From: Balanoglossus misakiensis
Lineage: Eukaryota > Animalia > Hemichordata
NCBI GenBank assembly: GCA_040954595.2
Contig: CM082582.2
Span: 11,526,315 to 11,590,314, forward strand
DNA length: 64,000 nucleotides
Direction of reading: 5' to 3'
How positions within the stretch are numbered: the stretch's first letter is position 1; each line of letters opens with the position of its first letter. Below the pieces are notes generated by a model. That model was given only the letters and a program-made list of their open reading frames with translations. It was not told the DNA's origin and ran no database searches. The position numbers and the translations under genes are program-made. Positions 50,633-64,000 of the stretch are shown one piece after another.

Positions 50633-53600
50633 TGAAATTCCGGGAAGTCGAAAAATTGTCATTTCTGGGTGATTTTCATGAGCTATAACCCATGGTTTTT
50701 ATCAAAAATCGACGAAATTTCGAAATTCCGGGAAGTCGAAAAATTGTCATTTCTGGGTGATTTTCATGAGCCATAACCCATGGTTTTTATCAAAAATCGA
50801 CGAAATTTCGAAATTCCGGGAAGTCGAAAAATTGTCATTTCTGGGTGATTTTCATGAGCTATAACCCATGGTTTTTATCAAAAATCGACGAAATTTCGAA
50901 ATTCCGGGAAGTCGAAAAATTGTCATTTCTGGGTGATTTTCATGAGCTATAACCCATGGTTTTTATCAAAAATCGACGAAATTTCGAAATTCCGGGAAGT
51001 CGAAAAATTGTCATTTCTGGGTGATTTTCATGAGCTATAACCCATGGTTTTTATCAAAAATCGACGAAATTTCGAAATTCCGGGAAGTCGAAAAATTGTC
51101 ATTTCTGGGTGATTTTCATGAGCTATAACCCATGGTTTTTATCAAAAATCGACGAAATTTCGAAATTCCGGGAAGTCGAAAAATTGTCATTTCTGGGTGA
51201 TTTTCATGAGCTATAACCCATGGTTTTTATCAAAAATCGACGAAATTTCGAAATTCCGGGAAGTCGAAAAATTGTCATTTCTGGGTGATTTTCATGAGCT
51301 ATAACCCATGGTTTTTATCAAAAATCGACGAAATTTCGAAATTCCGGGAAGTCGAAAAATTGTCATTTCTGGGTGATTTTCATGAGCTATAACCCATGGT
51401 TTTATCAAAAATCGACGAAATTTCGAAATTCCGGGAAGTCGAAAAATTGTCATTTCTGGGTGATTTTCATGAGCTATAACCCATGGTTTTTATCAAAATC
51501 GACGAAATTTCGAAATTCCGGGAAGTCGAAAAATTGTCATTTCTGGGTGATTTTCATGAGCTATAACCCATGGTTTTTATCAAAAATCGACGAAATTTCG
51601 AAATTCCGGGAAGTCGAAAAATTGTCATTTCTGGGTGATTTTCATGAGCTATAACCCATGGTTTTTATCAAAAATCGACTAAATTTCGAAATTCCGGGAA
51701 GTCGAAAATTGTCATTTCTGGGTGATTTTCATGAGCTATAACCCATGTTTTTATCAAAAATCGACTAAATTTCGAAATTCCGGGAAGTCGAAAAATTGTC
51801 ATTTCTGGGTGATTTTCATGAGCTATAACCCATGGTTTTTATCAAAAATCGACTAAATTTCGAAATTCCGGGAAGTCGAAAATTGTCATTTCTGGGTGAT
51901 TTTCATGAGCTATAACCCATGGTTTTTATCAAAATCGACGAAATTTCGAAATTCCGGGAAGTCGAAAAATTGTCATTTCTGGGTGATTTTCATGAGCTAT
52001 AACCCATGGTTTTTATCAAAAATCGACGAAATTTCGAAATTCCGGGAAGTCGAAAAATTGTCATTTCTGGGTGATTTTCATGAGCTATAACCCATGGTTT
52101 TTATCAAAAATCGACGAAATTTCGAAATTCCGGGAAGTCGAAAAATTGTCATTTCTGGGTGATTTTCATGAGCTATAACCCATGGTTTTTATCAAAAATC
52201 GACGAAATTTCGAAATTCCGGAAGTCGAAAAATTGTCATTTCTGGGTGATTTTCATGAGCTATAACCCATGGTTTTTATCAAAAATCGACGAAATTTCGA
52301 AATTCCGGGAAGTCGAAAAATTGTCATTTCTGGGTGATTTTCATGAGCTATAACCCATGGTTTTTATCAAAAATCGACGAAATTTCGAAATTCCGGGAAG
52401 TCGAAAAATTGTCATTTCTGGGTGATTTTCATGAGCTATAACCCATGGTTTTTATCAAAAATCGACGAAATTTCGAAATTCCGGGAAGTCGAAAAATTGT
52501 CATTTCTGGGTGATTTTCATGAGCTATAACCATGGTTTTTATCAAAAATCGACGAAATTTCGAAATTCCGGGAAGTCGAAAAATTGTCATTTCTGGGTGA
52601 TTTTCATGAGCTATAACCCATGGTTTTTATCAAAAATCGACGAAATTTCGAAATTGCGGGAAGTCGAAAAATTGTCATTTCTGGGTGATTTCATGAGCTA
52701 TAACCCATGGTTTTTATCAAAAATCGACGAAATTTCGAAATTGCGGGAAGTCGAAAAATTGTCATTTCTGGGTGATTTTCATGAGCTATAACCCATGGTT
52801 TTTATCAAAAATCGACGAAATTTCGAAATTGCGGGAAGTCGAAAAATTGTTATTTCTGGGTGATTTTCATGAGCTATAACCCATGGTTTTTTATCAAAAA
52901 TCGACGAAATTTCGAAATTCCGGGAAGTCGAAAAATTGTCATTTCTGGGTGATTTTCATGAGCTATAACCCATGGTTTTTATCAAAAATCGACGAAATTT
53001 CGAAATTCCGGGAAGTCGAAAAATTGTCATTTCTGGGTGATTTTCATGAGCTATAACCCATGGTTTTTATCAAAAATCGACGAAATTTCGAAATTCCGGG
53101 AAGTCGAAAAATTGTCATTTCTGGGTGATTTTCATGAGCTATAACCCATGGTTTTTATCAAAAATCGACGAAATTTCGAAATTCCGGGAAGTCGAAAAAT
53201 TGTCATTTCTGGGTGATTTTCATGAGCTATAACCCATGGTTTTTATCAAAAATCGACGAAATTTCGAAATTCCGGGAAGTCGAAAAATTGTCATTTCTGG
53301 GTGATTTTCATGAGCTATAACCATGGTTTTTATCAAAAATCGACGAAATTCGAAATTCCGGGAAGTCGAAAAATTGTCATTTCTGGGTGATTTTCATGAG
53401 CTATAACCCATGGTTTTTATCAAAAATCGACGAAATTTCGAAATTCCGGGAAGTCGAAAAATTGTCATTTCTGGGTGATTTTCATGAGCTATAACCCATG
53501 GTTTTTATCAAAAATCGACGAAATTTCGAAATTCCGGGAAGTCGAAAAATTGTCATTTCTGGGTGATTTTCATGAGCTATAACCCATGGTTTTTATCAAA

Positions 53601-56600
53601 AATCGACGAAATTTCGAAATTCCGGGAAGTCGAAAAATTGTCATTTCTGGGTGATTTTCATGAGCTATAACCCATGGTTTTTATCAAAAATCGACGAAAT
53701 TTCGAAATTCCGGGAAGTCGAAAAATTGTCATTTCTGGGTGATTTTCATGAGCTATAACCCATGGTTTTTATCAAAAATCGACGAAATTTCGAAATTCCG
53801 GGAAGTCGAAAAAATTGTCATTTCTGGGTGATTTTCATGAGCTATAACCCATGGTTTTTATCAAAAATCGACGAAATTTCGAAATTCCGGGAAGTCGAAA
53901 AATTGTCATTTCTGGGTGATTTTCATGAGCTATAACCCATGGTTTTTATCAAAAATCGACGAAATTTCGAAATTCCGGGAAGTCGAAAAATTGTCATTTC
54001 TGGGTGATTTTCATGAGCTATAACCCATGGTTTTTATCAAAAATCGACGAAATTTCGAAATTCCGGGAAGTCGAAAAATTGTCATTTCTGGGTGATTTTC
54101 ATGAGCTATAACCCATGGTTTTTATCAAAAATCGACGAAATTTCGAAATTCCGGGAAGTCGAAAAATTGTCATTTCTGGGTGATTTTCATGAGCTATTAT
54201 AACCCATGGTTTTTATCAAAAATCGACGAAATTTCGAAATTCCGGGAAGTCGAAAAATTGTCATTTCTGGGTGATTTTCATGAGCTATAACCAATGGTTT
54301 TTATCAAAAATCGACGAAATTTCGAAATTCCGGGAAGTCGAAAAATTGTCATTTCTGGGTGATGTTCATGAGCTATAACCCATGGTTTTTATCAAAAAAT
54401 CGACGAAATTTCGAAATTCCGGGAAGTCGAAAAATTGTCATTTCTGGGTGATGTTCATGAGCTATAACCCATGGTTTTTATCAAAAATCGACGAAATTTC
54501 GAAATTGCGGGAAGTCGAAAAATTGTCATTTCTGGGTGATTTTCATGAGCTATAACCCATGGTTTTTATCAAAATCGACGAAATTTCGAAATTGCGGGAA
54601 GTCGAAAAATTGTCATTTCTGGGTGATTTTCATGAGCTATAACCCATGGTTTTTATCAAAAATCGACGAAATTTCGAAATTCCGGAAGTCGAAAAATTGT
54701 CATTTCTGGGTGATTTTCATGAGCTATAACCCATGGTTTTTATCAAAAATCGACGAAATTTCGAAATTCCGGGAAGTCGAAAAATTGTCATTTCTGGGTG
54801 ATTTTCATGAGCTATAACCCATGGTTTTTATCAAAAATCGACGAAATTTCGAAATTCCGGGAAGTCGAAAAATTGTCATTTCTGGGTGATTTTCATGAGC
54901 TATAACCCATGGTTTTTATCAAAAATCGACGAAATTTCGAAATTCCGGGAAGTCGAAAAATTGTCATTTCTGGGTGATTTTCATGAGCTATAACCCATGG
55001 TTTTTATCAAAAATCGACGAAATTTCGAAATTCCGGGAAGTCGAAAAATTGTCATTTCTGGGTGATTTTCATGAGCTATAACCCATGGTTTTTATCAAAA
55101 ATCGACGAAATTTCGAAATTCCGGGAAGTCGAAAAATTGTCATTTCTGGGTGATTTTCATGAGCTATAACCCATGGTTTTTATCAAAAATCGACGAAATT
55201 TCGAAATTCCGGGAAGTCGAAAAATGGTCATTTCTGGGTGATTTTCATGAGCTATAACCCATGGTTTTTATCAAAAATCGACGAAATTTCGAAATTCCGG
55301 GAAGTCGAAAAATTGTCATTTCTGGGTGATTTTCATGAGCTATAACCCATGGTTTTTATCAAAAATCGACGAAATTTCGAAATTCCGGGAAGTCGAAAAA
55401 TTGTCATTTCTGGGTGATTTTCATGAGCTATAACCCATGGTTTTTATCAAAAATCGACGAAATTTCGAAATTCCGGGAAGTCGAAAAATTGTCATTTCTG
55501 GGTGATTTTCATGAGCTATAACCCATGGTTTTTATCAAAAATCGACGAAATTTCGAAATTCCGGGAAGTCGAAAAATTGTCATTTCTGGGTGATTTTCAT
55601 GAGCTATAACCCATGGTTTTTATCAAAAATCGACGTAATTTCGAAATTCCGGGAAGTCGAAAAATTGTCATTTCTGGGTGATGATCATGAGCTATAACCC
55701 ATGGTTTTTATCAAAAATCGACGAAATTTCGAAATTCCTGGAAGTCGAAAAATTGTCATTTCTGGGTGATTTTCATGAGCTATAACCCATGGTTTTTATC
55801 AAAAATCGACGAAATTTCGAAATTCCGGGAAGTCGAAAAATTGTCATTTCTGGGTGATTTTCATGAGCTATAACCCATGGTTTTTATCAAAAATCGACGA
55901 AATTTCGAAATTCCGGGAAGTCGAAAAATTGTCATTTCTGGGTGATTTTCATGAGCTATAACCCATGGTTTTTATCAAAAATCGACGAAATTTCGAAATT
56001 CCGGGAAGTCGAAAAATTGTCATTTCTGGGTGATTTTCATGAGCTATAACCCATGGTTTTTATCAAAAATCGACGAAATTTCGAAATTCCGGGAAGTCGA
56101 AAAATTGTCATTTCTGGGTGATTTTCATGAGCTATAACCCATGGTTTTTATCAAAAATCGACGAAATTTCGAAATTCCGGGAAGTCGAAAAATTGTCATT
56201 TCTGGGTGATTTTCATGAGCTATAACCCATGGTTTTTATCAAAAATCGACGAAATTTCGAAATTCCGGGAAGTCGAAAAATTGTCATTTCTGGGTGATTT
56301 TCATGAGCTATAACCCATGGTTTTTATCAAAAATCGACGAAATTTCGAAATTCCGGGAAGTCGAAAAATTGTCATTTCTGGGTGATTTTCATGAGCTATA
56401 ACCCATGGTTTTTATCAAAAATCGACGAAATTTCGAAATTCCGGGAAGTCGAAAAATTGTCATTTCTGGGTGATTTTCATGAGCTATAACCCATGGTTTT
56501 TATCAAAAATCGACGAAATTTCGAAATTCCGGGAAGTCGAAAAATTGTCATTTCTGGGTGATGTTCATGAGCTATAACCCATGGTTTTTATCAAAAATCG

Positions 56601-59600
56601 ACGAAATTTCGAAATTCCGGGAAGTCGAAAAATTGTCATTTCTGGGTGATGTTCATGAGCTATAACCCATGGTTTTTATCAAAAATCGACGAAATTTCGA
56701 AATTCCGGGAAGTCGAAAAATTGTCATTTCTGGGTGATTTTCATGAGCTATAACCCATGGTTTTTATCAAAAATCGACGAAATTTCGAAATTGCGGGAAG
56801 TCGAAAAATTGTCATTTCTGGGGTGATTTTCATGAGCTATAACCCATGGTTTTTATCAAAAATCGACGAAATTTCGAAATTCCGGGAAGTCGAAAAATTG
56901 TCATTTCTGGGTGATTTTCATGAGCTATAACCCATGGTTTTTATCAAAAATCGACGAAATTTCGAAATTCCGGGAAGTCGAAAAATTGTCATTTCTGGGT
57001 GATTTTCATGAGCTATAACCCATGGTTTTTATCAAAAATCGACGAAATTTCGAAATTCCGGGAAGTCGAAAAATTGTCATTTCTGGGTGATGTTCATGAG
57101 CTATAACCCATGGTTTTTATCAAAAATCGACGAAATTTCGAAATTCCGGGAAGTCGAAAAATTGTCATTTCTGGGTGATGTTCATGAGCTATAACCCATG
57201 GTTTTTATCAAAAATCGACGAAATTTCGAAATTCCGGGAAGTCGAAAAATTGTCATTTCTGGGTGATGTTCATGAGCTATAACCCATGGTTTTTATCAAA
57301 AATCGACGAAATTTCGAAATTCCGGGAAGTCGAAAAATTGTCATTTCTGGGTGATGTTCATGAGCTATAACCCATGGTTTTTATCAAAAATCGACGAAAT
57401 TTCGAAATTGCGGGAAGTCGAAAAATTGTCATTTCTGGGTGATTTTCATGAGCTATAACCCATGGTTTTTATCAAAAATCGACGAAATTTCGAAATTGCG
57501 GAAGTCGAAAAATTGTCATTTCTGGGTGATTTTCATGAGCTATAACCCATGGTTTTTATCAAAAATCGACGAAATTTCGAAATTCCGGGAAGTCGAAAAA
57601 TTGTCATTTCTGGGTGATTTTCATGAGCTATAACCCATGGTTTTTATCAAAAATCGACGAAATTTCGAAATTCCGGGAAGTCGAAAAATTGTCATTTCTG
57701 GGTGATTTTCATGAGCTATAACCCATGGTTTTTATCAAAAATCGACGAAATTTCGAAATTCCGGGAAGTCGAAAAATTGTCATTTCTGGGTGATTTTCAT
57801 GAGCTATAACCCATGGTTTTTATCAAAAATCGACGAAATTTCGAAATTCCGGGAAGTCGAAAAATTGTCATTTCTGGGTGATTTTCATGAGCTATAACCC
57901 ATGGTTTTTATCAAAAATCGACGAAATTTCGAAATTCCGGGAAGTCGAAAAATTGTCATTTCTGGGTGATTTTCATGAGCTATAACCCATGGTTTTTATC
58001 AAAAATCGACGAAATTTCGAAATTCCGGGAAGTCGAAAATTGTCATTTCTGGGTGATTTTCATGAGCTATAACCCATGGTTTTTATCAAAAATCGACGAA
58101 ATTTCGAAATTCCGGGAAGTCGAAAAATTGTCATTTCTGGGTGATTTTCATGAGCTATAACCCATGGTTTTTATCAAAATCGACGAAATTTCGAAATTCC
58201 GGGAAGTCGAAAAATTGTCATTTCTGGGTGATTTTCATGAGCTATAACCCATGGTTTTTATCAAAAATCGACGAGATTTCGAAATTCCGGGAAGTCGAAA
58301 AATTGTCATTTCTGGGTGATTTTCATGAGCTATAACCCATGGTTTTTATCAAAAATCGACGAAATTTCGAAATTCCGGGAAGTCGAAAAATTGTCATTTC
58401 TGGGTGATTTTCATGAGCTATAACCCATGGTTTTTATCAAAAATCGACGAAATTTCGAAATTCCGGGAAGTCGAAAAATTGTCATTTCTGGGTGATTTTC
58501 ATGAGCTATAACCCATGGTTTTTATCAAAAATCGACGAAATTTCGAAATTCCGGGAAGTCGAAAAATTGTCATTTCTGGGTGATTTTCATGAGCTATAAC
58601 CCATGGTTTTTATCAAAATCGACGAAATTTCGAAATTCCGGGAAGTCGAAAAATTGTCATTTCTGGGTGATTTTCATGAGCTATAACCCATGGTTTTTAT
58701 CAAAAATCGACGAAATTTCGAAATTCCGGGAAGTCGAAAAATTGTCATTTCTGGGTGATTTTCATGAGCTATAACCCATGGTTTTTATCAAAAATCGACG
58801 AAATTTCGAAATTCCGGGAAGTCGAAAAATTGTCATTTCTGGGTGATTTTCATGAGCTATAACCCATGGTTTTTATCAAAAATCGACGAAATTTCGAAAT
58901 TCCGGGAAGTCGAAAAATTGTCATTTCAGGGTGATGTTCATGAGCTATAACCCATGGTTTTTATCAAAAATCGACGTAATTTCGAAATTTCCGGGAAGTC
59001 GAAAAATTGTCATTTCTGGGTGATGTTCATGAGCTATAACCCATGGTTTTTATCAAAAATCGACGAAATTTCGAAATTCCGGGAAGTCGAAAAATTGTCA
59101 TTTCTGGGTGATTTTCATGAGCTATAACCCATGGTTTTTATCAAAAATCGACGAAATTTCGAAATTCCGGGAAGTCGAAAAATTGTCATTTCTGGGTGAT
59201 TTTCATGAGCTATAACCCATGGTTTTTATCAAAAATCGACGAAATTTCGAAATTCCGGGAAGTCGAAAAATTGTCATTTCTGGGTGATTTTCATGAGCTA
59301 TAACCCATGGTTTTTATCAAAAATCGACGAAATTTCGAAATTGCGGGAAGTCGAAAAATTGTCATTTCTGGGTGATTTTCATGAGCTATAACCCATGGTT
59401 TTTATCAAAAATCGACGAAATTTCGAAATTCCGGGAAGTCGAAAAATTGTCATTTCTGGGTGATTTTCATGAGCTATAACCCATGGTTTTTATCAAAAAT
59501 CGACGAAATTTCGAAATTCCGGGAAGTCGAAAAATTGTCATTTCTGGGTGATTTTCATGAGCTATAACCCATGGTTTTTATCAAAAATCGACGAAATTTC

Positions 59601-62600
59601 GAAATTCCGGGAAGTCGAAAAATTGTCATTTCTGGGTGATTTTCATGAGCTATAACCCATGGTTTTTATCAAAAATCGACGAAATTCGAAATTCCGGGAA
59701 GACGAAAAATTGTCATTTCTGGGTGATTTTCATGAGCTATAACCCATGGTTTTTATCAAAAATCGACGAAATTTCGAAATTCCGGGAAGTCGAAAAATTG
59801 TCATTTCTGGGTGATTTTCATGAGCTATAACCCATGGTTTTTATCAAAAATCGACGAAATTTCGAAATTCCGGGAAGTCGAAAAATTGTCATTTCTGGGT
59901 GATTTTCATGAGCTATAACCCATGGTTTTTATCAAAAATCGACGAAATTTCGAAATTCCGGGAAGTCGAAAAATTGTCATTTCTGGGTGATTTTCATGAG
60001 CTATAACCCATGGTTTTTATCAAAAATCGACGAAATTTCGAAATTCCGGGAAGTCGAAAAATTGTCATTTCTGGGTGATTTTCATGAGCTATAACCCATG
60101 GTTTTTATCAAAAATCGACGAAATTTCGAAATTCCGGGAAGTCGAAAAATTGTCATTTCTGGGTGATTTTCATGAGCTATAACCCATGGTTTTTATCAAA
60201 AATCGACGAAAATTTCGAAATTCCGGGAAGTCGAAAAATTGTCATTTCTGGGTGATTTTCATGTGCTATAACCCATGGTTTTTATCAAAAATCGACGAAA
60301 TTTCGAAATTCCGGGAAGTCGAAAAATTGTCATTTCTGGGTGATTTTCATGAGCTATAACCCATGGTTTTTATCAAAAATCGACGAAATTTCGAAATTCC
60401 GGGAAGTCGAAAAATTGTCATTTCTGGGTGATTTTCATGAGCTATAACCCATGGTTTTTATCAAAAATCGACGAAATTTCGAAATTCCGGGAAGTCGAAA
60501 AATTGTCATTTCTGGGTGATTTTCATGAGCTATAACCCATGGTTTTTATCAAAAATCGACGAAATTTCGAAATTCCGGGAAGTCGAAAAATTGTCATTTC
60601 TGGGTGATTTTCATGAGCTATAACCCATGGTTTTTATCAAAAATCGACGAAATTTCGAAATTCCGGGAAGTCGAAAAATTGTCATTTCTGGGTGATTTTC
60701 ATGAGCTATAACCCATGGTTTTTATCAAAAATCGACGAAATTTCGAAATTCCGGGAAGTCGAAAAATTGTCATTTCTGGGTGATTTTCATGAGCTATAAC
60801 CCATGGTTTTTATCAAAAATCGACGAAATTTCGAAATTGCGGGAAGTCGAAAAATTGTCATTTCTGGGTGATTTTCATGAGCTATAACCCATGGTTTTTA
60901 TCAAAAATCGACGAAATTTCGAAATTCCGGGAAGTCGAAAAATTGTCATTTCTGGGTGATTTTCATGAGCTATAACCCATGGTTTTTATCAAAAATCGAC
61001 GAAATTTCGAAATTCCGGGAAGTCGAAAAATTGTCATTTCTGGGTGATTTTCATGAGCTATAACCCATGGTTTTTATCAAAAATCGACGAAATTTCGAAA
61101 TTCCGGGAAGTCGAAAAATTGTCATTTCTGGGTGATTTTCATGAGCTATAACCCATGGTTTTTATCAAAAATCGACGAAATTTCGAAATTCCGGGAAGAC
61201 GAAAAATTGTCATTTCTGGGTGATTTTCATGAGCTATAACCCATGGTTTTTATCAAAAATCGACGAAATTTCGAAATTCCGGGAAGTCGAAAAATTGTCA
61301 TTTCTGGGTGATTTTCATGAGCTATAACCCATGGTTTTTATCAAAAATCGACGAAATTTCGAAATTCCGGGAAGTCGAAAATTGTCATTTCTGGGTGATT
61401 TTTCATGAGCTATAACCCATGGTTTTTATCAAAAATCGACGAAATTTCGAAATTCCGGGAAGTCGAAAAATTGTCATTTCTGGGTGATTTTCATGAGCTA
61501 TAACCCATGGTTTTTATCAAAAATCGACGAAATTTCGAAATTCCGGGAAGTCGAAAAATTGTCATTTCTGGGTGATTTTCATGAGCTATAACCCATGGTT
61601 TTTATCAAAAATCGACGAAATTTCGAAATTCCGGGAAGTCGAAAAATTGTCATTTCTGGGTGATTTTCATGAGCTATAACCCATGGTTTTTATCAAAAAT
61701 CGACGAAATTTCGAAATTCCGGGAAGTCGAAAAATTGTCATTTCTGGGTGATTTTCATGAGCTATAACCCATGGTTTTTATCAAAAATCGACGAAATTTC
61801 GAAATTCCGGGAAGTCGAAAAATTGTCATTTCTGGGTGATTTTTCATGTGCTATAACCCATGGTTTTTATCAAAAATCGACGAAATTTCGAAATTCCGGG
61901 AAGTCGAAAAATTGTCATTTCTGGGTGATTTTCATGAGCTATAACCCATGGTTTTTATCCAAAATCGACGAAATTTCGAATTCCGGGAAGTCGAAAAATT
62001 GTCATTTCTGGGTGATTTTCATGAGCTATAACCCATGGTTTTTATCAAAAATCGACGAAATTTCGAAATTCCGGGAAGTCGAAAAATTGTCATTTCTGGG
62101 TGATTTTCATGAGCTATAACCCATGGTTTTTATCAAAATCGACGAAATTTCGAAATTCCGGGAAGTCGAAAAATTGTCATTTCTGGGTGATTTTCATGAG
62201 CTATAACCCTGTTTTTAATTTCTGGGTGATTTTCATGAGCTATAACCCATGGTTTTTATCAAAAATCGACGAAATTTCGAAATTCCGGGAAGTCGAAAAA
62301 TTGTCATTTCTGGGTGATTTTCATGAGCTATAACCCATGGTTTTTATCAAAAATCGACGAAATTTCGAAATTCCGGGAAGTCGAAAAATTGTCATTTCTG
62401 GGTGATTTTCATGAGCTATAACCCATGGTTTTTATCAAAAATCGACGAAATTTCGAAATTCCGGGAAGTCGAAAAATTGTCATTTCTGGGTGATTTTCAT
62501 GAGCTATAACCCATGGTTTTTATCAAAAATCGACGAAATTTCGAAATTCCGGGAAGTCGAAAAATTGTCATTTCTGGGTGATTTTCATGAGCTATAACCC

Positions 62601-64000
62601 ATGGTTTTTATCAAAAATCGACGAAATTTCGAAATTCCGGGAAGTCGAAAAATTGTCATTTCTGGGTGATTTTCATGAGCTATAACCCATGGTTTTTATC
62701 AAAAATCGACGAAATTTCGAAATTCCGGGAAGTCGAAAAATTGTCATTTCTGGGTGATTTTCATGAGCTATAACCCATGGTTTTTATCAAAAATCGACGA
62801 AATTTCGAAATTCCGGGAAGTCGAAAAATTGTCATTTCTGGGTGATTTTCATGAGCTATAACCCATGGTTTTTATCAAAAATCGACGAAATTTCGAAATT
62901 CCGGGAAGTCGAAAAATTGTCATTTCTGGTGATTTTCATGAGCTATAACCCATGGTTTTTATCAAAAATCGACGAAATTTCGAAATTCCGGAAGTCGAAA
63001 AATTGTCATTTCTGGGTGATTTTCATGAGCTATAACCCATGGTTTTTATCAAAAATCGACGAAATTTCGAAATTGCGGGAAGTCGAAAAATTGTCATTTC
63101 TGGGTGATTTTCATGAGCTATAACCCATGGTTTTTATCAAAAATCGACGAAATTTCGAAATTCCGGGAAGTCGAAAAATTGTCATTTCTGGGTGATTTTC
63201 ATGAGCTATAACCCATGGTTTTTATCAAAAATCGACGAAATTTCGAAATTCCGGGAAGTCGAAAAATTGTCATTTCTGGGTGATTTTCATGAGCTATAAC
63301 CCATGGTTTTTATCAAAAATCGACGAAATTTCGAAATTCCGGGAAGTCGAAAAATTGTCATTTCTGGGTGATTTTCATGAGCTATAACCCATGGTTTTTA
63401 TCAAAAATCGACGAAATTTCGAAATTCCGGGAAGTCGAAAAATTGTCATTTCTGGGTGATTTTCATGAGCTATAACCCATGGTTTTTATCAAAAATCGAC
63501 GAAATTTCGAAATTCCGGGAAGTCGAAAAATTGTCATTTCTGGGTGATTTTCATGAGCTATAACCCATGGTTTTTATCAAAAATCGACGAAATTTCGAAA
63601 TTCCGGGAAGTCGAAAATTGTCATTTCTGGGTGATTTTCATGAGCTATAACCCATGGTTTTTATCAAAAATCGACGAAATTTCGAAATTCCGGGAAGTCG
63701 AAAAATTGTCATTTCTGGGTGATTTTCATGAGCTATAACCCATGGTTTTTATCAAAAATCGACGAAATTTCGAAATTGCGGGGAAGTCGAAAAATTGTCA
63801 TTTCTGGGTGATTTTCATGAGCTATAACCCATGGTTTTATCAAAAATCGACGAAATTTCGAAATTCCGGGAAGTCGAAAAATTGTCATTTCTGGGTGATT
63901 TTCATGAGCTATAACCCATGGTTTTTATCAAAATCGACGAAATTTCGAAATTCCGAAGTCGAAAAATTGTCATTCTGGGTGTTTTCATGAGCTATAACCC
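50633..64000 (+). repeat. Tandem satellite array, 88-bp monomer, about 150 copies, continues past the window end
   Basis: Consensus GGGAAGTCGAAAAATTGTCATTTCTGGGTGATTTTCATGAGCTATAACCCATGGTTTTTATCAAAAATCGACGAAATTTCGAAATTCC repeated head-to-tail with no spacers; only scattered substitutions, homopolymer indels and one truncated unit near 62210. Confidence 0.98.

Noticed and set aside
50633-64000. CRISPR array or repeated short genes (MIFMSYNPWF... ORFs)
   Set aside because: Units are contiguous with no unique spacers and there are no cas genes; the ORFs start at GTG and arise only where homopolymer indels shift frames in the satellite.
50633-64000. CENP-B box (TTCG...CGGG) in the monomer
   Set aside because: Spacer in TTCGAAATTCCGGG is 6 nt instead of 7 and lacks the required A position, so it is not a canonical box.
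50633-64000. Telomeric repeat (TAACCC in each monomer)
   Set aside because: Only one hexamer per 88 bp; no tandem (CCCTAA)n tract.

Overview
Eukaryotic (metazoan, probably a marine invertebrate; taxon is inference only) genomic window with GT-AG spliced genes. In order: (1) a type I membrane receptor with signal peptide, 3 CUB domains, one LDL-receptor class A repeat, a TM helix and a Pro/Tyr-rich tail (2000-5447, +); (2) a 20-coding-exon RNF31/HOIP orthologue, the linear-ubiquitin RBR E3 ligase (7832-18274, +), with kB-type sites upstream and a probable alternative internal coding segment; (3) a divergent two-exon FoxQ1-related forkhead gene (20366-21828, -) lying head-to-head with (4) a canonical FoxQ1 with an uninterrupted CDS (30586-31833, +); (5) about 18.7 kb with no recognisable gene; (6) a highly homogeneous 88-bp tandem satellite of about 150 copies running off the window end, which starts with one diverged inverted monomer (fold-back junction). 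All exon models and counts were derived by hand from splice signals and frame continuity; no database searches were run.
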